From Glycera tridactyla (taxonomy: Eukaryota), in NCBI GenBank assembly GCA_965644265.1, contig OZ286460.1, forward strand, positions 52,824,001 to 52,888,000: DNA of 64,000 nt, in the 5' to 3' direction. This document shows positions 13,242 through 25,561 of this stretch, piece after piece. Made by a program: the position numbers and the translations under genes. The notes below the pieces were generated by a model. That model saw only the letters and a program-made list of their open reading frames with translations, was not told the origin of the DNA and searched no databases. Numbering within the stretch: the stretch's first letter is position 1; every line of letters starts with the position of its first letter.

Positions 13242-13417
13242 CAGTGAAACCTGCTCGAGAGTAAACCTGCGCTAAGCCAAATCCTGTCTCAAGCACATAC
13301 CCACGATCTGCCCGTATGTTTTTTTCTCACTATAATTGTCCTGCACTAAGCAAAATCCTGTCTTAAGTGAAAGAAAAATTTGGTCCCGTGACTTTTCACT
13401 CAAGACAGGTTTTACTG
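13242..13417. mobile_element. MITE (Tc1/mariner-type non-autonomous element), 176 bp
   Basis: TA | CAGTGAAACCTG ... CAGGTTTTACTG | TA; internal repeated module (CCTGC..TAAGC.AAATCCTGTCT.AAG). Confidence 0.85.
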
Positions 13418-13824
13418 TACTAAAGAATATGGGCTCCTTGACAGGAGCAGATGCTGAACAAAACTGGTGTGTAATCTCTTGAAAGTGTTATCAGAAAGGC
13501 AGCGATGTCATGAATCAAGTGCCAACGATCAGCCAAGAATATCGGCGCTGAATCTCTTGGGGCATGGTACCTCCTTGATATGGTGTGTTTATTCACACAA
13601 CACACCTCGTGTGGATCCAGGAAACATGGGCCAACTCTCAAAAACAGTGCCAGAGAAGAAACAGAATGTGCTATTTTCTATGTCTGGAAGTCTGAATGAG
13701 CTGCGAAGCAGTGCATGTGTGTGAACTACACAGTTCCAACATTCTATGTATGTATGTTCACACATTGCAACTGGTGCAACAACACCCATATAATAAACCT
13801 CCCTTATACTGTGGTGAAATATCT

Positions 13825-15568
13825 TATATGGCCAATTCTCCCAAATTGGGGCCAAAAAATGGCAGATAGGGTCACTTTTTCAAACAATCCTGTTTGATTA
13901 ACCATTATTGCCATACAGTTCCACCACTTGTTGGGTCTTCATACCAAAAAAATCGGGGAGATCTGCTGAGCCAAAAAATGATTATCACTGTTTTCATGAG
14001 TGGGGGTCATCAGCCGTTGCGTATGTCACTTTTTTATGAGAATCTCTCAAAAACACTCATAAATTGCTCTGAATTAACATTTATCATTATAAATCAATAA
14101 ACTTTGTTCCAGGATGTCATTCTACACTACTTATTTCCTTCTCAAGCTCAGTCATTCAAAAAGATTTGAGCCAGAAATACAATGTCCATCTTCAATCCTC
14201 AGGCGCTGTCTTTAATTTTTTTTTCTAAGCAATTACAATAAGCATAAGTACCAAACTCATTATTCCAATTGAATACATATTGATGAGATGATGGGAACAG
14301 GGTTTTGTCATTCTCTGGAAAAGGTGGGAAGTAATGAACATCATCTTATATGTATGTTATTTTATGTGACGTATGTTACTGCTGACGCCATTTTTTTAAC
14401 CCGAGTTATCTCATGTAAATTTCATTCAGTAATTGCCACCAAAAGTAGCTAGTAGCTACATTTATCTTCAGAGTAATCCAAATTTACATAATATCGTTGA
14501 ATAGACTTGAAAACATTTGGACTTTCCAAGTTATCTGATTGTATATGACCACTCTCAAGAAAACAAGTCAAGGATAACATACATATTGGGTTGTAGCTCG
14601 TGCAGATTATGTCAAAATAACATACATATGCTCACATCATCCATATTCCTATACCACAGTGATCATCTGTGACTATCAGTGAATGAATAAGCATGGATCA
14701 TCCAAATGTTGAGCAACCGTCCAACAAGGTCAACTTTATCCTGAGATCCCTTGGCTTAGTATCACCTAGTATATATGTATGTTATGCAAAGTTTGCATGT
14801 TACTATAATTTTTCAGTTGACATTCATGCACTTTTTTATCAACTATAAACCAAATTATGAACTAAACCGGAAAAATATATAGTGTCATGAATGCATGGGG
14901 ATCACATTTAAAGGAGTGATCAATCCAAGATGGCACCTGTTGCTTGTAAACATGCTAAAACTCTGACCATAGGTATGTTATCCATTGACGGAAATGTCAC
15001 CCTTTAAGTGCCAAATCATTTTTTAGAGGTTGTTTATCACCTTGTTGATTCTTTTGAGCACTGGGTTGGTCATTGTAACAATATTTTCAAATGATCTGAT
15101 GGTGATACACGAGTTGATTCATAGCAGAAATCAGTGGGATTGAATGGTGAACTTGCACTCAAAAATTGACGGAATGGTAGTAACATACTGTGACGCAGTT
15201 CAGAGATATCAGGGAGCTATTTATCTCTAACATTTGACATGTCCCAAGGTTGTAAAATGAAGCCCTGCTATCGATTGTCAAGACTGAGTATGTTTGAGAT
15301 CTTGGGATTATCTCAATTTGATATAGCACATCACCAAAGTAGGGTGGGGTCTGGTGTTACGTTTTGTGCGGTCAAAAATGGCCAATGTTGGCCATTAAAT
15401 TGCCTCTAACTTCACCAAAATTAGAGATATTCCTATCAAAATTGGACCAACTATTGTTTGAATCACATTACATCAGTCACCATGTCCAAATTCTGGTTGA
15501 AAGCTGCTGAATTTACATAAGATACGTTTTTCGGTAGCTGGCCCCAATTTCGGAGAATTGGCCATATA
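13825..15568. repeat. Inverted 30-bp repeat pair (13825-13854 and 15539-15568)
   Basis: TATATGGCCAATTCTCCCAAATTGGGGCCA versus the reverse complement of the second copy, TATATGGCCAATTCTCCGAAATTGGGGCCA: 29/30 identical. Confidence 0.85.
14912..15003. mobile_element. Possible short TTAA-flanked non-autonomous DNA element (Kolobok-like ends)
   Basis: TTAA | AGGAGTGATCAATCC ... GGAAATGTCACCCT | TTAA; imperfect TIR, single copy in the window. Confidence 0.3.
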
Positions 15569-16559
15569 TATTTTCATGAAAGTTGGATGCTTTGATCAGG
15601 GGTTCTCATATTCCAAAAATGAATTTCATTTTGATACCAGTGTCCTCTTGAATGGATTTTGTTTATTGACTGCATATTTTACGGCATATATCTTCAAGGA
15701 AATATATCCTCATATATGAAAAATATGAGCAGATGATGAGAAGAATTGTACATGAGTTTCGGTTCAGCTTTTAATGATTCAAGCAAATTTCTATGATTTC
15801 ATGCTCTGAAACAAGCATGAAGCATCTGGTGCGGCATACAGAGTGACACAGATCATACAGTATTCACGAGCATGTGTGCGTGTGTATTCAGAGTGCATGA
15901 AGGCTGCGGTTGTACTTTCTACTCTTCACGCTACCTGATGAAGCAATTCAGGTTGTGGGGTGTGGTCCAATCAAGATCAATGTACTCCTGATGACGTATC
16001 TACAAAGATCATGATGAACAACCAGGTCTGCATGTGTCCAACAACATGGCATTATTCATGTTTGGAACTTTCTGCTGATTTCGATACTTGGACTTATGCA
16101 CTAGCCTAGAATATGCAATTAACATATGGGATCGAATTACTTGGTTGCAATTCATCATACATCAATTAATCATTGTATGTGTTCGCTATTTTTGGTACCT
16201 GATGCCACTCAGAACATCGACTGAAACATTCCAGCTTTTGCGATGTGTTGTGTTACAATCCTCTGCAGTCAGCCAGGTTCATCGAATCAGTACATCAGCT
16301 GCACAAATTCCAGGACATCTTGCTTTCTCTTGACCCAAATACAGGTGTAGTCCACAACACTGATAAAATTGAGGTTTTGAATGAAGGTAATTTGCATAAC
16401 AACCTGAAGAATATGAGTCAAAGTAAGATGGACAGATGGCAAAAGTTGGATCTGATTGGTGCACAAGAAGTGTCCGGCAGCTGATCAAAAAGTGCCATCT
16501 ATGTACAAGATAAGAAACCCCCTACACCAATAGTGTCTCTTGACGATGCCATTTTGCTT

Positions 16560-16830
16560 GCCCTAATTATAGCTTTGCGTGCATCGGCCAGACGGGATTA
16601 ACTTGGCCAAACTCGACCAACTGAGCCGCTGATGAGTGAATGCGGATATTATTGGCAGTGCAAGAATTCCAAATTACAGAGGTGGCGCAGGTCATCGGAC
16701 GCCATAAACAATGGGTCAGCTGGCTGGAGAAAACACGATGCCTTCTGATTAGAGGCTGGCTGTGCACAAATAAAAGGTATGCGTATGGCACATGCTGTGA
16801 CAATAGCACATTAAGCTAGGTAGGATTCTG
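16560..16830. promoter_or_regulatory. Candidate developmental enhancer
   Basis: TAATTA 16564, GGGATTAA 16594, AGGTCA 16689, CCATAAA 16702, AACAATGG 16707, CAGCTG 16717 in a CpG-rich island. Confidence 0.4.
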
Positions 16831-18951
16831 CAGGGGCTTTGGCCAGCGATGCTCAAATCAAGCCCCAACCATGTGTGGTCTGACCAGGGGGGACCAATTC
16901 ACCAAATACCCATATGATCCAAATTGCCAAAGGTAACCAACCACCTTCAGTCATCTTCCTGAGATGACCAAACCTCCTATATAGTCTTTCATGATATATT
17001 TTTACATCTTATATTTTATATTTCATAACCTTGGCTGACTCTGTTCGGGAGTTTTTCCATCTTGAACATACAAACCACCCAAAGCACCATTTTCATAGAA
17101 AAGTTTTGTGGAAAAATGTGCATAACAGGGGGCTTGTACACTGCCACAAAAATGCTATGAACTATCTGCCAATTTGTGACATGTCAAACTAGAATAGCTT
17201 TAAAATCTGTGAGGAGGCATTGGGCAACTGAAAAATGAGGCTAGCTCACCTCAGATAAATTTGGGAGTGAAGACCGTCGAGTGGCAAACTTGGGTTTGTC
17301 TGATGATGAATGAACAAGTCTTTGATTTATCGGCAAGGCCGGCATGTCATATTAAAGTCCAGTTCTCAAGAGTGACCAATGTCCACTGATGTCCATCAAA
17401 CTGAGCAGTGCAGGATTTGAGAGGTCCTGCTGGGACATTCAACCCTTCCATCTTCAACCTAACTCACATCACTTTCACCAGACTGACCATATGAACAAAT
17501 CTGACAAATACTGCTACTAACAATACTGCAGCAACCGACAACAACGAAATATCGGTTCCCTATATATCTTCATTAAATTCCAATTACGGCCTAGATGCTG
17601 GATGGAATACAGGGATACTTTGGAAGGATTTGCAGCAGGAAGGGTTAATAGTCAGTTGGGATCCCAGAATATCAGGGTCATCACTCATGTTGGGGGTCAG
17701 CCGCCTGACAGGGCACAACAAACCGTAGAGTCTACAGACATCTGTAGGGACCCTCGTCTTTACAAACTATCTATCAGCAAGGGGAGAGACTTTTCTCAGC
17801 TATCACCCTCCAAATCAAGCATTCATTGATATGATCGCATAGCTATTCTCGGAGGCTCACCCTGGAATCTGAGTAAAATGTTCACACTCAGAAGGAGGTC
17901 AAATGAGCATTCACACCCCTGGCGATGATTGCAATCTACGCGTCATCGCTGGCATGACTATGAACAGCTCCGTGCTCATCGGCTTCTGATAGCATGGAAT
18001 GAAACTAACGTTTTACCTTAAAGCTTTGCCTATCTCCAACTCAATATTCAACATATTCACAGCAAAAATCCATCATTTAAAGAAGAATTTCAATTCTCAT
18101 TATCCACTCTTCATAGCTATATTCTGCAGTGAGTTTATCTCACAGTTGAACCTACGATAATTACCAGGAGGTACAAGTCTACATCAAAATGATTATATGC
18201 TAACTACAATCTGGTCAGCACAGGTTTGACTATAAATCCACACTGCACACTATTGCTGTGCAATGAGTCTCGACAGGGTTTGGCATCTCAGAGTTCCTAC
18301 ATGTTGATGAAGATATTTGGATTGCGTTGCCAGAGGTTGCTAGGTCAACTTTATAATGAAGAAGCTCTTCCATCATCCACCAGACAAGATCTAACCATGC
18401 TTTCAACAAGACTGAATAAGCGAATTGCTCACACGTGACCAATCTAGACGCTTCCTTGTGACTAGACAAAAGCTGAGAGTTGCACATAGTGGCACTCATG
18501 GCTTTCCTACTGCATGACATTTGCTGAGATTGTGAATTTCGCCAGATATCAATGACATATTTGCATGTTTCTGAATAGGCCAAAGGCATCACAGAAGAGT
18601 GCAAAATACAATAGGCTCCCACAACTCTAACACTCCCAGGAGTAAGATCAGCCTCAAAGAACTATGATTATATCCCATGGGATTGACGATAACATGACAC
18701 TTCATGGAACATACAAATCCTTCTTCCCATACTGAAAATAGCTGCACATCACTGATGTGACAACATTTCTTCTGACAGACTGCTTTTGTATAACAGTAAG
18801 AATAGTCCCCAATCCCAGGTTCCACTGTATGCTTCAAATTGCATGCTTTAAATTTCAGCAACCTCATAAACATCGGTAGATACTTGTGAATGTGCAATCA
18901 GATGGTAGATTCCCTGTTGGCAATGCAAGCATCCAGACAGCCAGTCCATCA

Positions 18952-19137
18952 NNNNNNNNNNNNNNNNNNNNNNNNNNNNNNNNNNNNNNNNNNNNNNNNN
19001 NNNNNNNNNNNNNNNNNNNNNNNNNNNNNNNNNNNNNNNNNNNNNNNNNNNNNNNNNNNNNNNNNNNNNNNNNNNNNNNNNNNNNNNNNNNNNNNNNNNN
19101 NNNNNNNNNNNNNNNNNNNNNNNNNNNNNNNNNNNNN
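18952..19137. other. N gap (186 nt)
   Basis: Run of N. Confidence 0.99.
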
Positions 19138-22100
19138 AGCGGTGTGTGGCAAGCCCAGCAATGGCCGTTAATGATCGATGATTAATTACAGGATGTGATC
19201 CTGAGTTATTAGGCCTAATATGATTTGTGTCTACTGCTCAGTTAACGCTCTCTTATTAGGCCACACCCCACAAAATGTCTTCACAGCCAATACATCCCAA
19301 ATTGAACATATGTCGATACTAAGCATATGAGCTGCCTGAAAAACTGTAGCCCTATCTTTCATTCATCATAATATGTTCCTCTGCTCATATATCCATAAGC
19401 ACCTGAGATTTTCTCCAATAATGACATTGATCACACTGAACTATCCTAACAGTTTTGTCAAAGGTAATTGGATAAAATTTCACAATTTGCTATATTGCTT
19501 CTGATTGGACATGACTCTGCTGTTAATCATCCATCCTCTGACTAAATGCTGGGACGCAAGTTCCATGAAACTATCAAAAGATGCTTCTGATGAAAATCAT
19601 ACATTTGATTGAACGGCAAAAATGACTTTTCCTCAGATCGTTCATGCTTGTCAGTAGGTTCCAATGTTATTTGCAAGCCAGCTATCGGTATTTAAAGCTA
19701 GATGGCGTATTGTATTTGGTTCAATATTGGACAATTATCTGGCTGAATGCTGCCATTACTCATTCTAATCTATGACGGGATCTCTTCCTTTCGACGATGA
19801 TAGTTGGTGTATTATCGCAGCTTATCATCAATTGGTCCGGTTCAATGTGATAAAGTGTTGCTTCGGCAGCTTGCGCACTGAATATTGGAGGCTAAGCCAG
19901 CGCCTGAGCCATGGAAAGGCCATCACAAATGTATCAGGTATGAAGACCTCAATCACTGCCAATATCTTGATGGTCACCTAATCATCAGACATATGCTCTC
20001 TCATTTTTGTGGCTTGTAATTGGAGCTTGAGCGCTCACTAGAGCACCTCCTGCATATCAGAGAGTCTGCTCGTGGTCAGTGCGTCCTCGTGGAATGCTAA
20101 TAAATTGGGTTTTGGAGTTATCAAGTCCCCCTGACACACCAATTACGGGCGATGTATCTAAGGATGGTGATATTAAAGTCGTGGATAAGGGTGCGGGCAA
20201 ATCCCCGAGGATTGGGGCCAGTCAGTTTACAGGCCTAGCACAGCAGCAAATGATGGCCATGAGGACAGCGTGATGGCTTGCCCAGATCCGGCAAACATCC
20301 AGTGTGTCCACTACATGACAATTTGACCCTTACCTTTTCGCCTCTATTCACCATGATGTGCCAGTGATAAAATGTGTTCTCGTGAAATATTTCCTTTTGG
20401 AACAGTTAAATGATGACATTCTGAAACAGGATTTTGATGAAAATTCCATCTCAATAAATATTAGCATGCGACCTGCTTTGTACAGAGCACAATTAGATGA
20501 TATGATTTGGAATTAGTATGGCGCTGGAATCAAACATCGCCATATTGCCATATTCATAGGCTAAAATCAGGTGAATGCAGATCATGAGATATAAGGTTCA
20601 ATCATTTTCTGAAATTATTCTGAGATGTTGCATCTTGCCCATCTTCTTCATATTGACTAAGACCTAGGAACGATGAATAGTTCTCCCTTGTCCCTTCTCA
20701 GCTAACTACGTGATGAAAAATTCAAAAGCAATTAGTTGGCGTAATTATGAATCTATGTAGTGGCTATCAGTGGGATATAGATAATCCGTGAGTGGCGTGA
20801 GGCAGGGTGTGCAATCTAGACAGGCTGTGGCACGGATAGTGGCAAATAATCAGCTGCAAACAAATGAAGAGCTGTCCACACATATCACAATGCTGTTCCA
20901 TCAAGTCGCAGGCCTGCCTGCACGTCTTGTTCACCAAATCAGCGACCATTAGAGTGCTGTTACGCCACCCAGGGCTTGCATCATTTAGTGTGCACTGGTG
21001 TCAACATCGGCTCACATGTGCTTTCTCAGCCGCTCACGACCTACTCTCGCTGTATTCTCCTTCCTTTTCACACTATGCCACCACCTGATCAATCACCATC
21101 ACAATATATGATCAGATGAAATCGGTCAACAGCCTCCCAAATAATTTGAAATTCAGAATCATCATCCAAGTGTTCATTTGATGTTTGATTCACATTTATC
21201 TCCATGCAAAATGTGGACAACTTCAGAAGCATGTGTGCCCTAAGTACTGGCCTCTATTTGAACCATAAAATATGCTGCATTGAAATTATGATGCTCTATA
21301 GAATGCCAGATCTTGATACTGGATCTGTATCACATAACCAGATGGCTAGCATTGGGACGGATGATGAGTAGCCCTGACAAGCAACTGATTTGGTGGGTTT
21401 TCATGGAGCTACAGAAGCCCCACATGCTCTGTTATTTAGGACGTGTCTTCAATCTACTTATCCTGATAGGATCGCCATGTCACTCCAAATACAGAAATGG
21501 AGAGAGAATGTAATTTGCTAATTCAACCTGACACATATTGAAAAGTCCTGTCTCATGCTATGGGACCCACTGCAGAATCTGCGTCTTTTGTGCCATTGCC
21601 CGATTCTGGATAATCTAGCACGGGCATTTTGTGGAATAAGTGGAGGGTCGACAATTCAATTTCACTATTGATAAGTTCTCACTGCGAGACTCGGAGAAGA
21701 AAAGATAAGAAATTGGTTCAGCGACGATCGAGCCATTGCGCTGATGGCTAGTGTTGGCTCAATAGCTAATCTTCATAACGTACTAACATCATGACAAAAC
21801 AAATCAGGAAAACAGTTGATCAAGATTGCCAGCTTCTATTCGGGGACTTGTCAGGCTGCGTTAAACTCGCCTCCATATTAGATTAAAGGCAACCACGCGA
21901 GACAAGCAGACAAATGCTGCAGCAGCCCAATAAGGCCCAACAAGAGCACACATGGTGAGCCTGTGACCGAGTCCTCGCACCAACTCTAATTCACAATAGC
22001 CCAGCCCATTTGCGAGGGTGTATAGAGCTTGTCAAAATCAATTGATTAAAATGGATTGTGTAGATCTCATGAAATCTGCTAATTGGTAAAGCCCGGGAGT

Positions 22101-22919
22101 TAATCTCATACAGCGCCGCGAGTGGTGCTCATTGGTGAAAAGCGAGGGTGGAGACGGTTGCCCACAGGGAGCAGCAACTATGCGGGACAGTAGAAACCAA
22201 TGCAATACTGGTAATTCATTTAACTCTGAACACTGCACTCAACCACTTCCGCCTGAAGATGTCATGAAGGAGCATCCCTACATCAACGGACAGGCATTCT
22301 AAAATCAGGACCATTCTTACTCATACCACAGCCAGAGTGAGTGAACTGAAGCCAAAGGTTGTCCATGTACAATACTCAGTATGATCCTATTGTATTAAGA
22401 GTTTGCCACCCAATAGCACCCGTTTTTGAAAAATCAAGGCTTCTGAAAATCAAGATAATGTTGGAAGAAACCTTTTCTTCATTACAACATTTTCATGTAT
22501 CCATTTGGCAAAACATGTCAATGAGATGTCTGGCATGATGAACTTGCTAAACCTTTTCGTAGAATGATATATGGACAATTTTCAGATCAGATCAATTTAT
22601 CATGAATGGTGAAAAAGTTGTGGATCTTCACGAACAATTCTGGGATTGCCACCAATGGCCAGTAACCTTGGCTGCAGTGAGTGAGCATATAGGGTGGGTG
22701 TGGAGTGAAACAGATCTTGAATGGCATGCAGCTCACATGAGCCATTGCTCACAGACTGTGCAGTGTTCACCTAGAGACAGACCACATGATGGCAGTGATG
22801 TCCTTTTTTGGAGAGGGATAGATATTTATAGCGCTTTGAGTGTGCGTGATCGGTGGTGTGACTTGTGAGTCGAATACTTTGACCCCATCTGCCACATATT
22901 AGAGCTGAGGTGGTGCAGG

Positions 22920-23260
22920 CACAAATTGCTGATGAGTAGCGATCGGAAAATTAATGTTTCGCTGGCGCAGAGTGGACACGTTTAGTGGCATGACAGGGTG
23001 GCGTTTGTTGGTGCTTTGAAGCGGAAGCCATGCTGGCGATCGCGCGGATCCAATCTGATCGCAGCTCTCGTTGCATGCAACACTTTATGATTGTTTGCAG
23101 CGTGTCGCAGCTGATACTGCACATCGGCAATCACGGCACCCTGGACCGAACTCCACGCAAACCAAGCTGTCACCAGACCACCACATCCCCGATCCCACAA
23201 CCACCCATGGCTGTAAAATACTCACAAAATAGTGATGTAGTAAAGTCACTCCACGATCAA
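22920..23260. promoter_or_regulatory. Candidate developmental enhancer
   Basis: Among the most CpG-dense stretches by eye; ATTAAT 22950, TGACAG 22991, TTTATGA 23084 abutting ATTGTT, CAGCTG 23108, AGCTGTCA 23165. Confidence 0.42.
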
Positions 23261-24832
23261 CAAATAAGCAGTAAAATTGTTTGACATTCATCTTCGCTTC
23301 TTTTGTCCCAGTATGTTGAATTAGCAAATCAGATTTCCACTGGCAGATTCTAAACTTTAGGTCAAAGCAGTGGAATCAAAGAAAGAATCTTACACCATCC
23401 ACAACAAAATGGTCTTCCCCCGGAAATCTCATCTGACATCCCGTCAATGAAAGATCCACTTCTATGGTGGCTCCACATTTCAGTCATTATTGGTGAGCCA
23501 AAGAGTAGATTGAACTTTTAATGATAAACTCTTTTTCAATATTTCAATTCACTTCCAAAATGTCTACAAGTGAATATGCAGACAGACATGTGTTATGGAA
23601 CATGTTTTATCGTATGGATTACCAGACAGGCAAAGTGAGCACGAACAATACTCGGGGCATAACAACAATGCCAACTGCCTTTTGTCTCTGTTTGGCAGGA
23701 ACCTGAGGGGAATATAGCCCACGTGTAATGGGTACCTATGCCAGCAATGTGCTTGAAAAGCCCCATTCTATCTGGCCACATAAAGGCAAGTGAGGGATGG
23801 ACTAATGTGTGAAATTCACCTATTAGACAGCAGGTCTTCAGCCAGTCATACATAATGCAGCGAATGTCCTGGACATTTTTTTACTCAACAGTCGGTAATA
23901 TCATCTAACATTTATTTTATGACCTTCAATAGTCTCCATGATGGTCACATATCTGATTATGCCTCTGGGATTGGAAGCGGTCAGTGCTCAGTTGGGACGA
24001 CAGGGCTCACTATTATCATGTGCTGATCATTCCCAAAACCCCTCTACTCTCACTCCACCTTTATTTCACACATTTCTTGATTCTGTCCACCTTTATAATG
24101 ACCCAAATCAATTAAATGCAATCTCCGGATGATTAATATCTTTCAACAAGTTTTTTTATACTGAACATCACCCTTAATTTTTCTCAGCCTCAAAGAGTCC
24201 ATGATCTAGATGTGAAACAATTTTTTCCCCTGGCAATATTTAATTAACTCTCAAGGTATGGCCCTCCAACAGATGCACCACACCCTGGTTATAATTAACA
24301 CAACAGCCATTGATAATGCAACATTTCTCATTATCCAGGAGAAAATCTCAATAAAATTTGGAATCATCCTGAATGTTAGGAGGCAGCATAAACCATGGCA
24401 TATCTGAGACATGTTCTTCTCTCAGATAAAAGTCGATGCCAAACTCTGAACAAAAATAGTAATTTGCCTATTTCAGAGAGTAGCAATGCTGGTATTTGCG
24501 ATGGAATGAGAAAAATCATCATTTTCTAGAGCAGCATCACCCATGAAACGAGGGAATTTGGGAAGAAAAAGAAAATTCATTACTCCAAAATCATGAGCTT
24601 TTAAATCTTCTTTCATTCGAATGGCACCACACACATTGTAGTGATCAGTGGGAATATTTCTAAATCTAAAATAATTGTACAAATTATTCACTGATCACAA
24701 AATGAGTTTCTTGTTTGGCCAGTTCTCTAGAATCCTAGAATGGTTTCTGAGATTATGTCAAGAATTCAAAATGTAATCTGTTTATGAGCTAGGAGGGCCC
24801 TATACAGCAGATTCCAAGAAGTTGCTGGCCAG

Positions 24833-24873
24833 GCTGCTGTTGTTGCTGTTGCTGTTGCTTGTTGCTGTTGCTG
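24833..24873. repeat. Degenerate (TTGCTG)n array
   Basis: Seen directly. Confidence 0.85.
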
Positions 24874-25530
24874 GTGCGGAGTGTGCTGGCGGTATCGTGG
24901 GATGTGAGATGCTGGGGTCAGGCATGAGAGCGTAACCATGGAGTCATGCATCACAACCAGACCCAGCACTTGACCATCATCCATCATTCTCAATCTGACA
25001 TCTCTCCTATACTGATCTCCCCACACCCACCCACACCACTATTCTACAAACCCCCACCCACCCACCCACCAAGGAAGCCGGACTAGCATGGATGAAATCA
25101 ATGCAAACCAAAAGGCCAGTCACTCTCGATGAAAAACAAACACACCCTTTTTCAGAAATCACAATGAAAGAGAACTTCTGCTATACAGAGGCATCATCAA
25201 TTGAAATTGAAATGATATAATAACGATGTTAATAAAGATTAGGGCTGAAAGGTAAGCATAAAATTCAAAAATCCAGAATGAAATTATGAGTAGTCACTCT
25301 TAGGTCAATTTTTACAATTGTGATTCTCAGTCGAATTTTGTAATTTTTAGTCGAGTGATATATTCATGATATTATCAAATGTTGGATGCTATATGATCGA
25401 GTATGGCATTTCATCAAATCATGGCAACAGGCTTGAGAAACTGAGGAATGCTTGCGATCTCAGCAAGTGTGGACATGACCATACATGACGCCACCATTTT
25501 CAGCTTTGTAGATTCACCAACATCTGGAAT

Positions 25531-25561
25531 GGGGCATATCAAATCAGGGGCATATCAAATC
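25531..25561. repeat. Tandem duplication, 16-bp period (GGGGCATATCAAATC x2)
   Basis: Seen directly. Confidence 0.9.

Noticed and set aside
16930-17260. AT-rich stretches that look like old DNA-transposon interiors (also about 22400-22620, 44230-44460, 55440-55670, 59660-60010)
   Set aside because: No termini, target-site duplications or second copy identifiable inside the window; needs a repeat library.
8811-23043. GCGATCGC octamer twice (8811, 23036), the cyanobacterial HIP1 sequence
   Set aside because: Two copies in CpG-rich islands is within chance, and the DNA is clearly eukaryotic intron.
24766-25026. Minus ORF containing MMDDGQ, like the MEIS/Hth MMDGQ motif, and a Q/A/T run
   Set aside because: Purine-rich upstream with no acceptor; Q/A/T run comes from the (TTGCTG)n microsatellite.
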